Position numbers and translations under genes: made by a program | In this document: positions 1 through 15,000 of the stretch, piece after piece | How the letters are laid out: the number at the start of each line of letters is the position of its first letter | Position numbering within the stretch: position 1 is the first letter of the stretch | The notes under the pieces: model-generated | The model's input: only the letters and a program-made list of their open reading frames with translations | Told to the model about the DNA's origin: nothing | Databases searched by the model: none | NCBI GenBank assembly: GCA_022709755.1 | Contig: JAKLIF010000003.1 | Coordinates: forward strand, 157,171 to 221,170 | Length of the DNA: 64,000 bases | Direction: 5' to 3' | Origin: Elusimicrobiota bacterium | GTDB taxonomy: Bacteria; Elusimicrobiota; Elusimicrobia; FEN-1173; JAKLIF01

Positions 1-1
1 C

Positions 2-3000
2 GGTGACATGGCGGATGTCGGAACCTGGAGCCCATCGGGCACATGGACATTGGATGGCCCGTCGTATCAGTCCATCACGGAAGGATATTTTCAAAACCTC
101 GTCATTCACTCTACCCAGACGCGGACGGTGGGTTTCCCCAATGGATTGTCTGTCGGTTATTCGAACGGGACTCTGTGGGTCAGTTCATATTCCACGGTCG
201 ACATGTACTCGACTTTACTTCAGATGGAAGGGAACCTTGTCTCCTCGGGGACGTTCTCCAATATGAGCACCATGACATTTGTGGGGGGCAACGCGCAGAC
301 GGTGTGGGCCGCGGATATCAGCACTTTTAATAATGTGGTGGTCAATAAAACGGGCAATGTCTTGACCGCGGCTTCCCCGCTGAAGATCGGTGGAAACTTT
401 GTTGTTCAAGGCGGTAACTTCGCCACGGGCGATTTTACACACGAGGTCGGCGGCGATTATGTGCAGCTCGCCGGGTCGATCGGTTACGGCGCGGGGACGA
501 TCATGCTCAACGGCTATGAGGTCGGCGGCACGACCACAACCGTCCAGATCGTCGATCCGTTCAACGAGCTTGAGATCAGTAAAAACGTGACGTCGGGAAT
601 TCACGACGTTGTCTTCAACAGCGATTTGACCGTTGAACAGACGCTGAACATCTATAACAACTCCGGGAACGTTCTACACATTCTACCGGGTAGTTTCGTC
701 CATCGGCTCCGGGGTGATTTCACGTTGGATGAAAGCACCTCTGACGTCGTGTTGGATTCAGGCCATTTCATGTTTGACGGCGCGGGTCCCCAACGGGTCG
801 GGCGGGCCAACTCCGAGGCTCTGATGACGGTGTCTTCGTTCACGGTCACCTGCTCCAGCAGCGTGGTCCTGAAGTCCTGTCTGGGCGTTCGCGATCACCT
901 CAATATTCAATCAGGGGAATTCGAACCGTCCGTGGGATCTGTCACGGTCCAGGGAAATTTCACGATCGGGGCCGGTGCGTTGTTCCGTCCCACCACCGGG
1001 CTTTTCATATTCGAGCACGCCACGGATATCGGGATCTCCATGGCGGAACCGGGAGCCAACCAGCATTTCAACGATTTTGCCATCTATGATGCGAGCGTCA
1101 CCGCCCAGGGCGACATGCGGGTGGACGGTATCTTCTATGCGGCGGTCGAGGCGATGGACCAGTCCACATTCGATGCGAACGGGAAGACGATTTATCTTCT
1201 CGGTGACTTGCAGGTCGCCAGTGGATCCACTCTAATGGCGTCTGGGACGTTCTATTTCATGGGTAGCAATCAGATCATTTCGCAGCCCTACGGGGATGTG
1301 GCCATTACTTTCAAGGATTTTGTCACATCCGCGACAAACCTATCGGTGGAAGCCGGAGACAGCCTGGGTATCACCGGAAATTGGCGGGAATTGCCCGGCG
1401 CGACGTTCGGACTGATGCCGAGCACGGTCACGTTCTTGTCCAGCGGGATACGTTACGTCACCCAACAGGCCGGAAACTCTTTCCGGGATGTAAGGGTGGA
1501 TACCGCCATGTTGACGCCGGAAAGCACCTTGCGGATCAACGGGGACCTCGGCAGAAGTGCCCTGGGCGGATTCAATACGAACGGACAGCAAATATATTTG
1601 GCCGGAGACATGGCCGATTTCACAGGGGCATGGACTCCTACCGGCGAGTGGGTGCTTTACGGCGGCGCGAATCAGACGATCAATCTGAACGATAGCTTTC
1701 AACACCTGACATTCACCTCGACCGGAGCAAGGACGGTCGATTTCGCCGCGACGTTGCTGGTGAGCGGCAATGTGTCGATCAGCTCCCTCACCACGGTGGA
1801 TTTCAACGGGCACGGCGGCTATTTCGGCGGGAATATGATCAGCTCGGGCACCTTCACGGATCTGGGCGTCTCCACGATCCAGTTCAACGGAGCGTCGGCG
1901 TCTCTTTGGACGGCTCCCTCCAGTACATTCACTTATTTGCAGGTCAATAAGGATTCCACCGCGACGCTGTCGGTGTTGTCGAATCTGACGGTCAATAACA
2001 ACTTGACGATCAGCGGCGGTTCGATGGATCCCGGCGCCTCCACTCATACGGTCTTGGGGAACTTCTCCATTACCGGCGGCACCATGACCGCCACGGCGGG
2101 TAAGTTCGTCTTGGGGACCGGGACGTCCCGATTGAACATGGCGAGCACGTCCAGTCAGTTCTGGAATTTGGACATCAATAAAGGCGCGTTCAACCTTACG
2201 TTGGACAGCAACCTGAAGATCGGAAACGACCTCAATTTTAATTCGGGCACTTTTATCATCACGAATCGGGATGTCGCCGTGGGCGGAGATCTTTATGCGC
2301 AGGGGACGGGCGCTTTCACCGAGACCGGTTCCACGATCACGTTTAACGGGTCTTCCGATCAGGAGTTCCGTGCCAGCGGGGATGCGCGGAATCTGGTCAA
2401 CGTGTATGTCAATAAATCAAACGGGACCCTCTCTGTCTACGATCCGCTGACGGTGACGGGGAAGATCGCTTTGGCCCAGGGCAACCTGTATATGGGTGGG
2501 AACTCCCATACGCTGTCTCCGGCGAACTTCATTCAGACGGGCGGAAACTTCACGATGTCCGGCGGCACGATTACGTTTTCCGGCGGGAACTCGTCCATCG
2601 ATCTGATGGGGGGCACGGCCCAGTTCGATACGGTGGTCGTCAATAAGACCGTCGGACAAGTCCTGTCTCTTTCCTCGAGCGTGTTGGGGTTGGATGTCAA
2701 CGGAAATATCACCCTCACGAACGGAACGTTGGTGCTCAATAATGTGTCGCATACGTTCGCCGGGGATTTCACTCTGACCGGCGGCTCCATCGCCGCCAAC
2801 AGCAGCACGGTCGTTTTTGACGGCGATTCCAGTTCCAACTTGTCTTTAGGGTGGGGGTCGCTTTGGAATATGACGCTGAGTAAGTCGGGGACGAACCAAC
2901 TGACGATGGTGACCGATGTGGATGTGAACGGCGATGTGACGCTGAACAGCGGGGCTTTTAACTTCTGGGCCTATAAGATGAATGTGGCCGGTGATTATGA

Positions 3001-6000
3001 TTGCAACCTCAGCGGCAATTTCAGTGGCACGACGGCCGCCCGGTTGGTCATGGACGGCAGTTCTCATCAAACGGTGAGTGGTTATGTCCCCACTTCGTTC
3101 GAGGTGAATTCTTCCAGCACGGTGGCGATCATCGACGCATCCCAGAATGTGAACGATTTGAAAATCATAACGGGAACCATGACAATCACCGGTTCTCAGT
3201 TGAACGTCTACGGAAGCTGGCTGCAGACGGGAGGCGGTTTTGATGCGGGGACCAGCACGGTCACTTTCGCCGGAGGCGATATCGGGTCTGCGAGAACGAT
3301 CACGGCTTTGGGGCACCCGTTCTATCGTTTTGAGGTCAACGTCACGACCACCGTGACGCTCCTCACCGATATTGAGACGGACAGTAACTTTACTCTGAGC
3401 GGCGGGACGTTCAATGCGGCCGACAAACATATCTATGTCGATGGGAATTGGACAGAACAGAACGGCGCGAAGTTCCAGACCAGCGGGTCCACCGTCACGT
3501 TCGACGGGACCGGCACGGACTACGTGACGACGATCACAGATCTGAACTATTTCGATGGCCTCGAGGTGGACGGTCCGACGCTCTTGATCGGCGGGAACAC
3601 ATTGGATATCCGCGGATCCCTCAAGATCACCAGCGGGAACTTCATAACCAATTATAAGAGTGTGTTCATGAAGGGGCATTTCCTGGATGGGTCGGGCGGG
3701 TTCAATCCCATGGGGTATTGGTACTTTGACGGCGATGGACCGCTTGATTGCTATGCGTGGTATTTCGATAACTTGACGCTCCGGACGAACGGGACAGTGA
3801 ATATGAAGTCCCCCAGCGGTTCCTGCACCTTGCAGGCCGCCAACTTGGGCATCAACGCGGGGACTACGGCTGACTTTTCGGGTTCTGTGGCTAAAACGGT
3901 TGAGGTGACGGGTAACATGACCAGTTCCGGCACCATCACGGGTTTGACCACGCTCAAGTTCAACGGGACGACCGGCGATCAATCCGTATGGCTGGCCCCT
4001 TCCACAACCCTGCCGGATGTCCTTGTTTCTAAGACCAGCGGGCTTCTGATGCCGTCCACGGGTTTTGCGATGACGGGAGGATTGACCATCGCACAGGGAG
4101 GTTTGGACCTGGGGATGGGGACGTTCACCGTCACCGGACTCACGCGGGTGGGTTCCAGCGCCGCTTCCGTGTTGAACGTCTCCAGCGCGGTGGTGGTGTT
4201 CGCCAGCTCTGTCACTGTTGAAAACGGCTCCTCTTTCATCATGCCGTCGGTCTCTCCGAGCCCGGTCGTGAAATTGGGTGACGGGTGTTACTTGAACGTC
4301 CAGAACGGGTCTTTTAATTCCTCCTCTATCAACAACGTCATCACGACCACGGCTCCCGGCACGCTGTTCGGGAACATTGCCGTCCAAAACGGCGGGACGC
4401 TCAATGTGTCCGGGTTGACCTTGGACTCTTACGATACGACCGGTATCCAGATCAATCAGGGGGCCACGGTCGCCGACTTTGACAACGTGAGGTATCGTAA
4501 CGGTAAATCCGGCGCGGCCGCCATTACCGTCAACGCTACCTCCATGGCCATCACCACCTTCACGGCCCACGATTTCGATTCGTCCGTCAGCACGAACATC
4601 TGGGTGGGGAATGACATCTCTCCGAGCTGGATCCTGATGGAGAACGCCACGGGCGTGTCTTCCGGTACGGACCACGAGTATGATCCTTACAACAACGTGT
4701 TCTGGGGCATTCCGTCGGCACCGATCAACGTGTCTCATACCACCCACTCCGCTACGACCATGCTCTGGACCTGGACGAACACCAGCGACGACATGATGAA
4801 CATTCGCGTGTCCACCTCATCCGATCCAGGCGCCGATTATCTGGTGAATCTGAGCACTATGAATGTGAATTGGTTGGAAGAGAACCTATCGACGAATACC
4901 TATTACACGCGTTACGTTTATGCGTGGAACCCCATCGGGGAATCTGGTCGCGTTACCACCACCCAGGCCTGCACACTGGCCAGCACGCCCGTTCCGACGG
5001 GTTTCACCCTGATCGGTGAATCCAGCGTGACGATCACCTGGAGCGAAAACGCCAATCCGCCGGACACCGAATATAATGTCGGCATCGACACGAACACCGA
5101 TTTCGATCCCTGCGTCGATATGGCCGGATGGACGGATTTCGGAGTTGCATCCCATACCTTCGCCGGCCTGATATCAAACGTGACGTATTACGTCGCGGTC
5201 GTCGCTAGGAACAGGGACGGGATCGAGTCTCCCAGTGCCGATGAACCCGTTGAGTATTCAACGGCTGTCACCCTGGCCGCTGTTCCCGGATCAAACTCTT
5301 TCGTTGATGTCGGGTTGACGAGCATGACGGTGAGTTGGTTGAACGGGGGGAACGCGGACGGCACGCTGTACGTGGTGGACATCGCGACTCGAAGTGATTT
5401 TACGCCAATATGGTCGTCCAGCGAGACTCAACAACTGAGCGCGTTGTTCGGAACCGGGGGACAGGGGACGGACCTTCTCACAAACACGACCTATTACGTC
5501 CAGGTGAAATCGCGCAACCACGGGGGATTGGATTCCGCTTATAACACCTATATTGAGACGGTCACGTTGGCCAATGTTCCGACACCCCTGGCGCTCGTGG
5601 AGAGTGATGTGTGGGTTTCATCCCTGACTTATCGTTGGAACACCAATAATAGCGCTTCGTTTACTATATACGAGGCGGTATTGGCTCGGGATAGTGGTTT
5701 TACGTCGATCGTCGCGACTCATACTCTCTACGCGATGGCCTCGAGCACGGACACTCTTTATGAAGGATTGACCGGAAATAATACATACTTCATGCACGTG
5801 CGGGCGGTCAATTCGGGCGATATCCCCAGCGCTTTCTCGTCGGTTCAATCTACGCACACTTTCGCCAATCCTCCCACGGCCCTCAGTGTCACGAATCGCG
5901 CTTATGATTCGATAACGCTGAGTTGGGCGGCTAATAATAATGCCGATCCCGGTACACTGTATTCGGTTCAGGCCTCGACTTATTCGGGTTTTGATGTCGT

Positions 6001-9000
6001 CTACTCCACCACGGAGTGGAATGCCTTGTCGGCCACAATTCCCTCCTTACTCAACGAGACGACATTTTATTTCCGCATCCGTACTGTCCAGTGGCGCGGT
6101 GGTTATTCTGATTTCAGCACCACGGTCAGCACCTACACGCTGGACGGTGTGGCTCCCGCGGCGGTGACAAGCCTGACCGCTTATCAGTCCGGAACACCGA
6201 ATTCAGTGATGCTGACATGGGTGACCCCCGGGGACGATGGGTCCCTTCGAACTTTACCCGCTGGTTCTCAATACCGGATTCAATATGGTTCTGGGACGTA
6301 TGGCGATATCGTGTGGAGCACGGCCTCTGCACAGATCGTCATTGCGACATCTTCCATCGCGCCGGGCGTGACGGTGTCTACTCAGACATATCTCCCATAC
6401 AACGATTTTTACTGGTTCAAGATGTGGACGAGAGACGAGGCGAATAATTGGTCTCTCGCATCAAGTTCGGCCGGCGCGTTCAACTCTCCCTTTGTGGTTG
6501 AAACCATCGGCAGCGGAAACAACTCCCAGGTCTCGATGGCCATCGATGTGGACGGGAATTACCATATCGCCTATCACCTCGATACGCCGAGTTGGGACTT
6601 GAAATACGCGAAGTGGAACGGTTCCTCTTGGGATATCAAGACGATCGATGCGGGAGGTCTCGAGGGGTGGGGCGTTTCTCTCGGAATGGGTGTGGATGGG
6701 AATCTTGCCGTCAGCTACTATTCCCAGGGGAGTGATGATTTCCGTGTCGTTCGTTCCAGCGACAACGGGGCCAACTGGCAAACCCCCACGGCGATACAAA
6801 GCATCTCTTGTTGCGGTTACCAGTCCGGCATTGCCTTTGCGCCCTCCAACAAGATCTATGCGGCGTATACGGATGGTGGTGGCGGGGATTTTAAATTTGC
6901 GGAAAATGACGGGAGCGGATGGGTTACAAGTATCGCTGTCGGAGGAGCGGGTGGACAGTCCCCGACGAACAATGGAATTGTTCTGGATGGGGCTGGGAAC
7001 ATATACGTTCCTTATCAGGATTTGAACAGCAATGAGTTCCGTTTGGCCAAGTCGACGGATTCCGGCCATACGTGGGTCACAAGTTTGATCACATCGGATG
7101 TCATAGACGGGAATGACCAGATCGTATTGGATGGGAATGGAAACGTCCATGTGTCTTATTTCGCGCAGGGGCTATCGAAAGTGGGCTACGCCAAGTCCAT
7201 CGATGGCGGCGCCACGTTCACGACTGAAATACTCGACGATTCGAATTATGGATCCGCGATTGCCCTGGATGGAGACGGGAATCCCCATATCGTCTATCAG
7301 CAAAGCACCTCGATCAAGTATGCGAAACATAACGGCGTCAGTTGGTCGACGTCCACCGTGGGGGATGTTGGTGCGGCGGGTGGAGTGAATCCTCAGATCG
7401 CTATTGATAACGTGGGGGGAGTTCATATCGCCTATTTCGACGGGGGGGGGGCTCCTTTGAAGGTGGCCCACTGGGCGAGTGCGGGGTTATCCGCTCCCAT
7501 GGGGGGTAACTCGAGGGGAAAAGTTCAGGCCCCGGATCATTTTTCGACGAATGGCATTTTTGTGTCCAGCGTATCGTGGGTATGGGGCGATCATGCCTCC
7601 AACGAAATGGGTTATCGGCTCTATACCTCCAGCGCCGGGAGCGTGAATGGAGTATATACGCTTGCAGCCGGATCCGTCACACTGGTGGCTGATTCCGGTT
7701 CTTATATCCAAACCGGGTTGACCCCGAATACCTCCTATCAGGCTTATGTGTCGGCGGTGAATGCGGGTGGTGTCGTGACCTCGTCCAGCGCCGTCGTTTA
7801 TACGCGTGCGGCGGTTCCAGTGGCGACGGGATTTTCTGATATCGGCGTCTCGAGCATGGTGTTCACATGGAGCGAGGAGACGAACCCCGCTTACACGGAA
7901 TATAACGTGGAGATCGATTCCGATACGTCCTTCGGGCCGCTTGTAGACCAATCCGGCTGGGTGGATTTCGGGGTCTCCAGCCATGTCTTCACAGGATTGT
8001 CTTCCAACGTGACCTATTACGTCCAGGTCAAAGCGCGCAACACCCAGAACGTCGAGACAGGTTATGCGGCCTATAACGCCGGTGCGACGCTGTGTTATCC
8101 GCCTTTGCCGACCGCTCCGCCCATCTTCACGGCGGTCGGAGCCACTCACCTGACCTTTGGTTGGGACCGGAACGGGAGCGAGGCCGATACCCTCTACGTG
8201 GCGGAAGTCTCATCGAACCCGTTTGCCACGTTCAATATGGTCAGCAGTTCCCAGACCATAAACAATTACGCGACAGTGCCAAACCTGTCGATCGATACCA
8301 CCTACTATGCGCGTGTGAAAGCCGTCAATCATGGAGATATCTCCACCGATTATACCGAGCTGGGTTCCACCAAGACGGACAATGCCGTGTTCTGGACGGG
8401 AGCGGGAACCACCGATCTCGCGTCCGAATACGCCAACTGGTATAACAGCGTCCGGCCGGTCAACAGCGCCAACGTGATCTTCGATGCGGCGGCTCCCCGA
8501 AACTGCGTCTGGGACCTTTCAGCCGTGAACGTGGGTAAACTCATCATGGAGGGGACTTTCGCCGGGAGTGTCACGTTGTCGGCTCCCATCACGATCACGA
8601 ACAATTTCGAGCTTAACACGGGGAATTTCAGCAGCAACGGACAGAACATGTCCATCGGCGGCAATTGGACGGGTCCGGCGACCTTCAGCTCGGTCGGGAC
8701 CGAAATCATCTCTTTCAACGGCGGAGCTCCCCAGACCGTTTCGGCCACGAGTACGTTGCCGATCGTGCGGGTGGCGGCCGGTTCGGACGTCACGTTGTCC
8801 AACGGAGCGGCCATCCTGAACGTCACGGGACTCGGCATCGAGGCGGGGGGACGGCTCACCGTTCCCAGCGGCAAGGACCTCCGGACGACGGGAAGTTTCT
8901 CGTCCAGCGGAACGTTCGTGTGCGACGGGTCCACGCTGACGTTCCGGGGTACCAACAACATGGCTGTTTGGACGGTGGCCACGTCCACGTTCAATCATAT

Positions 9001-12000
9001 CGTGGTTGACGCGTCGGGCGGATCGTTGCAGGTGGCCAGCGCGTTGGATATAAACGGCAATTTCACCCACAGGAACGGATGGTTCTATGCTGGGACATAT
9101 GATCATGGTTTGGCTGGTCATTTCGTGCAGGAGGGCACCGCCGGACTGTTCGATCCCCAATTGTCCACGTTCACCTTTAACGGCATCTCTCCCATGGGGG
9201 TCTCGTTGTTGCCGGAAACCTCCTTTTATCACTTGGCGCATGCCGGCACGGGCGATCTGACGCCGTCGAGCGACCTGACCATCCTCGGCAATTTCACAAA
9301 GTCCGGTTCAGGGATGTTCAACGCCGGTGCTAACTCGTATCGGCTTGCCGGGAATATGGTCCTCAACGCGGGCTGGGATGCCCAGACGTCTGAATGGGTC
9401 TTTAACGGAAGTTCTCCTCAGACCGTTTCGGGTGGATATGGTTTTGAGGACTTCGTGGTGTCGAACCCGGCGGGAGTGAGTTATGTGGATACCGGCGCGG
9501 GATTGGGTTCGTCCCAGATCAAAAATCTCTCCATCGAGACGGGCGCGAAATTGGACGCCAGCGCTCTGGGATATCTGGAGATCACCGGTGGGAACTTCAT
9601 CAGTTCTGGGACGTTCGTCGGGGATAATTCCACGGTTACGTTCACCGGCACTAGTTCCATCTGGACGGTGGCGACCAGCACGTTCAATAACGTGACGGTC
9701 AATACGTCCGTCGGCGGGACTGTATCGGTGTTGAGCGATATGAAGATGGGTGGATTCTTGAACGTTTGGAATGGGGTTTTCGAGATTAATGGTTCAACAC
9801 TAACGAATACTGATATTCATGGAAGTACCGTTACTATAAATGGTGCTTCTTCTGTTATAAAGCTTGTGTCGTCTCAGTGGGATACTTATTATGGAGACAT
9901 TATTGTGGAAAATGGTGGTAAGTTGGAAATGACAAACAATACTCCGGCATCGTGGATAGATGCCACAAAAATATTAGTAAGATCTGGTGGACATATTATC
10001 TCAACATCGGTAAATAATATGATTCATAGAAGATATTGGAATGATTATCCTTCGGAATTTTTAAACGTTGACGACGGAACAGTATCTGTATCTGGTTTAT
10101 CGATAGATTCGACGGAATACAACGTTTTGTTTACTAGTAATGCAGTTATATCTCAATTCGATAATGTGAATTTTGATGGGCCTTTGTACTCCACAAATGT
10201 TGCACTTCAATTGAATTATTCTGCTGGAACATATAACTTTGACAACTTGAATTTCGGGGATTATGGACCATATGATTCTGGTATGAATATATCAGCCCCA
10301 TATTTTACTGGGGTAGGAAGTATTACCGTTCATAATCCATCCGGGAACCTTTCTGGTCCGGCTTACGAAAACGATCCTTATAACAAGATCTGGTGGGATA
10401 ACTTCGATAACCTGCCGCCGACATCGGCGGTGACTTATCCGGTGAATGGGTCTTTCGTCAGGTCCTTGGCAGCCATCACGGGAACGTCGGCCGATCCGGC
10501 TGAAACGGGTTCCGGTGTGGTACGGATGGACGTGGCCTTGAGGCGGTTCAGCGACAACCAATGGTGGGACGGGGACGGGTTCGATCTGCCGACGGCTTCT
10601 TTCACCGCCGCCGCCCCCTCGCCGTTGAGTCCATGGTCTTGGACCGCTCCGACTCTGGAGAGCGGTAATACCTATTATGTGGTCTCCAGGGCCACTGACG
10701 TCTTCCGCGCGGAGAGCCCGTTGTCCGCCGGGGTCACCTTCTATTATGACGATTCGGCGCCGCAGACATATATCGGCGGAACATATGCGCCGTTCATCAA
10801 TAGTCTCACGACGATTTCGGGAACGGCCGTGGATGCCGGTGGATCCGGTTTGATGAGCGTCCAGTTGAACATCCATGACTTCGGGGCGGACCTGTCGTCC
10901 GGCACGGGCGATGACGTGTATTGGAGCACCGCCACACAGAGTTTTGTGGCTACGCCTTCCTGGTTCCCTGCGGTATCAACGGATACATGGGCCACGTGGA
11001 TATCTTCGGAATCTATTTACAACCATTTGAGCGGTCATGTCTACCGCGTGATGGTCCGGGCATGGGACAATGCGGGCAATATGGACACGGTCATGTCCAC
11101 AAAGACGTTCATGTTTGACACGATGGTGGCCACCATCACGGATAATCAAGCGGATGACGTTGTGCGGAGCGTCGCCGGCACGACTTATAATGTGGATTTC
11201 TTCGACAATCATTCTCAGATGAGTTCAATCTCATACGGGATCTGGGACGCTCCGAACAGGGGCGGTTCGATGGTGAAGGATTTGACGCCCATCACAACGG
11301 CTACCCCGACTGCCTCCTATACGACTGACTGGTCTGTTGATTTCACCTCTTTGCTGCATACCCCGGCCACAAACTATGTGTCCGTCACCCTTTGGGATCG
11401 GGCCGGCAACGGCTTCGATTACAATGATGTGTTCAAGGTTTTCAAGGACACCACGCCTCCGGCGGCTCCCACGGGATTGACCGTCATCAATCCGGCCACG
11501 GATGGCACACTGGCTATTTCTTGGAATGCCAATGGGGAAACCGATCTGGCGGGCTATCAGTTGTTCCGAGCGACTTATTCTTTCTCTAATACCGGTGATT
11601 CGAATGTGACGAACGTGGCCACAGTCTCAGGTTCCACGACGTCTTATCAGAATTCCGGTTTGACGAACGGGGCCACCTATTATTACCGGTTGTTGGCGTT
11701 GGATTCTTCTGTCCCTCCTTTGGGGAGCGCGTTGTCCAATACGGATGATGCCGTCCCGACCAAGGGTCCGCACCACTATCACATCGAGAACCTGGCGGCC
11801 ACCGCCGTGGCCGGCCAGAGCTTGAGCGCCGACCTGTCGGTGCATGACGTGGACCATAACATCGTCGATGTCTATGCCGGAACCGTCACCTGGAGCGCTG
11901 AGACTTTCGGCGGGGTGAAGGATCCCACTCTCCCGGCGGATTATATCTTCGATGCTGGAACGGATTTGGGACGGCACACCTTCACCGGGATCGTCCTGAA

Positions 12001-15000
12001 AGCCATCGGAAGCCGATGGGTCAAGGCGACCGATGCGGGGAATGCCGCCATCACGAGCGAGGTGGTTTCCTATTCGACCCGTCCTTACGTGACTGTGTCC
12101 CCGTCCGTGGCGAACCATTTTGCGGACGTCGGGCCGGCGGCGGGAGTGGACGTGTCCGCCGGCGATGTGCCGTCTCCGGGATATTACGCCGTCACCGCCA
12201 CACTGTATGACGCTTATGACAACCCCGTCGCGACCGGCACTCCCGTGGCCATCAGCGTGACCGGCGTTTCCGGCTCCACCGGGACGGTCATCGACCTGTC
12301 TTTCAACATCGTCGCCAGCACCCTGACGGATGTGAACGGCCGCATCGGTGTCACCACCCCTCTGAATTACAGCGTTTCCACCGTGTCCGGCGACTATGCC
12401 CAGGTGACCTTCTCCACAGGATCCGTGTCAACAACCACGGCCCGCATGACGACCGTGGGGGGAACGCCCCGGGTGTTGGAGATCGCGACGCGACCGGCCT
12501 CCACGTTCGTGGGAACACTGACAGCCGATTTCGCGATGGTGAGAAAGGATAATTTCGGGAACCTGACGATGTTGGGGAACACCAACGTGACGCTGGTCAG
12601 CACCTCTGCGTCGCCCACGGCCAAGTTCAGGGATTCGGCGGACACCGCGGACATCACGAACATCAGTTTCCTGGCCGGACAGAGTTCACAGACCTTCAAA
12701 TATTACGACACGTTGGCCGCCGAGATCGGGATCGAGATCGCCGCCGGCGGCCTGACTTCCGCCACGACCCTTTACACCTACACGCCGTTGACGGCCACCA
12801 AACTGGTCGCGATACTGCCCGGCCAATCGTTCGCGGCGGCCACATCGACCGGGATCGCCGGTTTCCCGACCACTCGGACGGCGGGGGAATCATTCGATAT
12901 CACGGTGCGTTCGGTGGATACCTATTGGAACCTCAATTCGGCGGGTTTGGCCACGGTTCACGTGGTCACCAACGACCCGTTTGACAACGAGCTTGTCGAC
13001 GCCGCGTTGTCGTCGGGTGTCACGACATTCACCCTGACACCCTTGCGGGCCTCCTCCTACACTGTCACCTTGACCGACGTGGATGGAAGCCCGTTGACGG
13101 AGTATCAGACATCGTCCGTTCCCGTGGTGGCGGCGACGGCATCCAAACTGCAGGTTCTGGTGCCGGGCGAAACCGCCGTGCCGGGTTCTTCCACCGGCAA
13201 GGCCGGCACGCCGACATCGGTCCAGATCAACAGTAATTTCCCGATCACGGTCAACCTGACGGACGCCTACTACAACCCCAAATCCACCGATTCGGCCATC
13301 CTCATTCGGCTGGAGACGACCGATCCGACGGATGTCCCGTTCTTCGATATCCCGCTGAGCGCCGGGCTGACGCAGGCGACCACGTCTCATTCGATGTCGT
13401 CTGAGACGGTGACCGGATGGACGATCACCGCGTCCACGTCGAGCGGTCCCTATTTCGCTCCGAATACGTCGCCGCTCGTTCCCGTGGTGGACATGCCCAT
13501 CCCGCCCGTGATCGGGACGCCGGTGGCTTTGTCGTCGACGTCCATCCAATGGAACTGGACGGACGCCAGCAACAACGAACAGGCGTTCAGTATTCTCGAC
13601 GGGGCCGGCGTCTGGTTGACCTCGGTATCGGCCAACTCCAATCTGTGGATCGAGACGGGGATGAACATCAACTCCCAATACACGCGCAAGGTGCGGTCCT
13701 TCACTCTGTCGGCTTCCAGCGATTCATCCACGGCGACCCTCTATACTTTGGCGGCCCAGCCGACGCTGCCGGTGCTGTCGGATGTGTTCGGGTCCAGCCT
13801 GACCTTCTCATGGAACAACAGCACGAACCCGGCGGGGACTCCCTTCCTGGCCCAGATCTCCACGAACAATTTCGGTCCCGTCTATGCGTCCACGCTGACG
13901 ACGGAAGTGTCCTACGTCTTCACGGGCCTGCCGGCGGAGACGACTTATTATGCGCGTGTGTGTGCCCGCAACGGCGATTCGGAGGATACCGCTTACACGA
14001 CGATCATCTCGACGGTCACCCTGGGGGTCGCTCCCGGGACGATCACCACACTGGTCGCCACGCCCGTCCCGATGCACGGCGTGCAATTGGCCTGGTCGGC
14101 TCCGGGAGACGACGAGTATGCGAACGGCGCCGCTTCGGCGTATGAGTTGAGGTGGTCCACCGTGGCCGCTATTGTGGATGACGCCACGTGGGGCACCGCC
14201 AACGATGCGGCCGCCACACCTCTTTTCGTGACCATGCCCGCTCCGGCGTCACCGAACACGGTGCAGACGAAGAATATCACTGGGTTGATCGTGGGGACCA
14301 CCTATTATTGGTCCCTCCGTGCCATGGACGACATGAACCAGTGGAGCGCCGTCTATACCACGGCGGTCAGCACGCTCGTCGGGAACGTGGCGCCGGGAGC
14401 CCCGTCCAACGTCCAGCCCAGCGGCGGCAGCGTGACGTTCAGCACCATCACCCCGGCCAACATCACCTGGACGGCCGGAACGGATGCCGACGGAGACACC
14501 CTGACCTATACCATCGATTTCACCACGGACAGCGCTTCGTGGTATGCCATCACCTCGACACCCACGGCTTCACCTTACGCATGGATGGTGCCAAACATGG
14601 AGACCACCGGGGCGACGGCCCGCGTGAGGATCAAGGCGACCGATCCTTATCTGCAGGAGACCGCGTATGTGGAATCCGCCTCCAACTTTGCGATCGTCGT
14701 GCCCGACACCACTCCTCCTCTGGCCGTGACCGATTTTACGGCATCGACCGGCCCGACGAACGGGACCGTGAAATTCACCTGGACCGCCGCGGGTGACGAC
14801 GGGGATACCAAGACGCTGAACTCGGCTTATTTCCGGATTGAATACAGTTCCAATGCGGCCTATTCTTCTTGGAGCTCTCTGGCGGCCCAGATCAATATTT
14901 CCACGACCGGTGTTACGCCTCTTTCGGCCCAGTCGTATACCGCAAGCATCCCGGCCATGGCTGGCGCCGTCTGTTACTTCCGGCTGTGGACGGAAGATGA

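Noticed and set aside
915-932. tRNA-like TpsiC-arm sequence (reverse complement of GGTTCGAAT).
   Set aside because: It lies inside the giant ORF and no acceptor or anticodon stems can be built around it. No credible tRNA, rRNA or CRISPR repeats were seen anywhere in the window.
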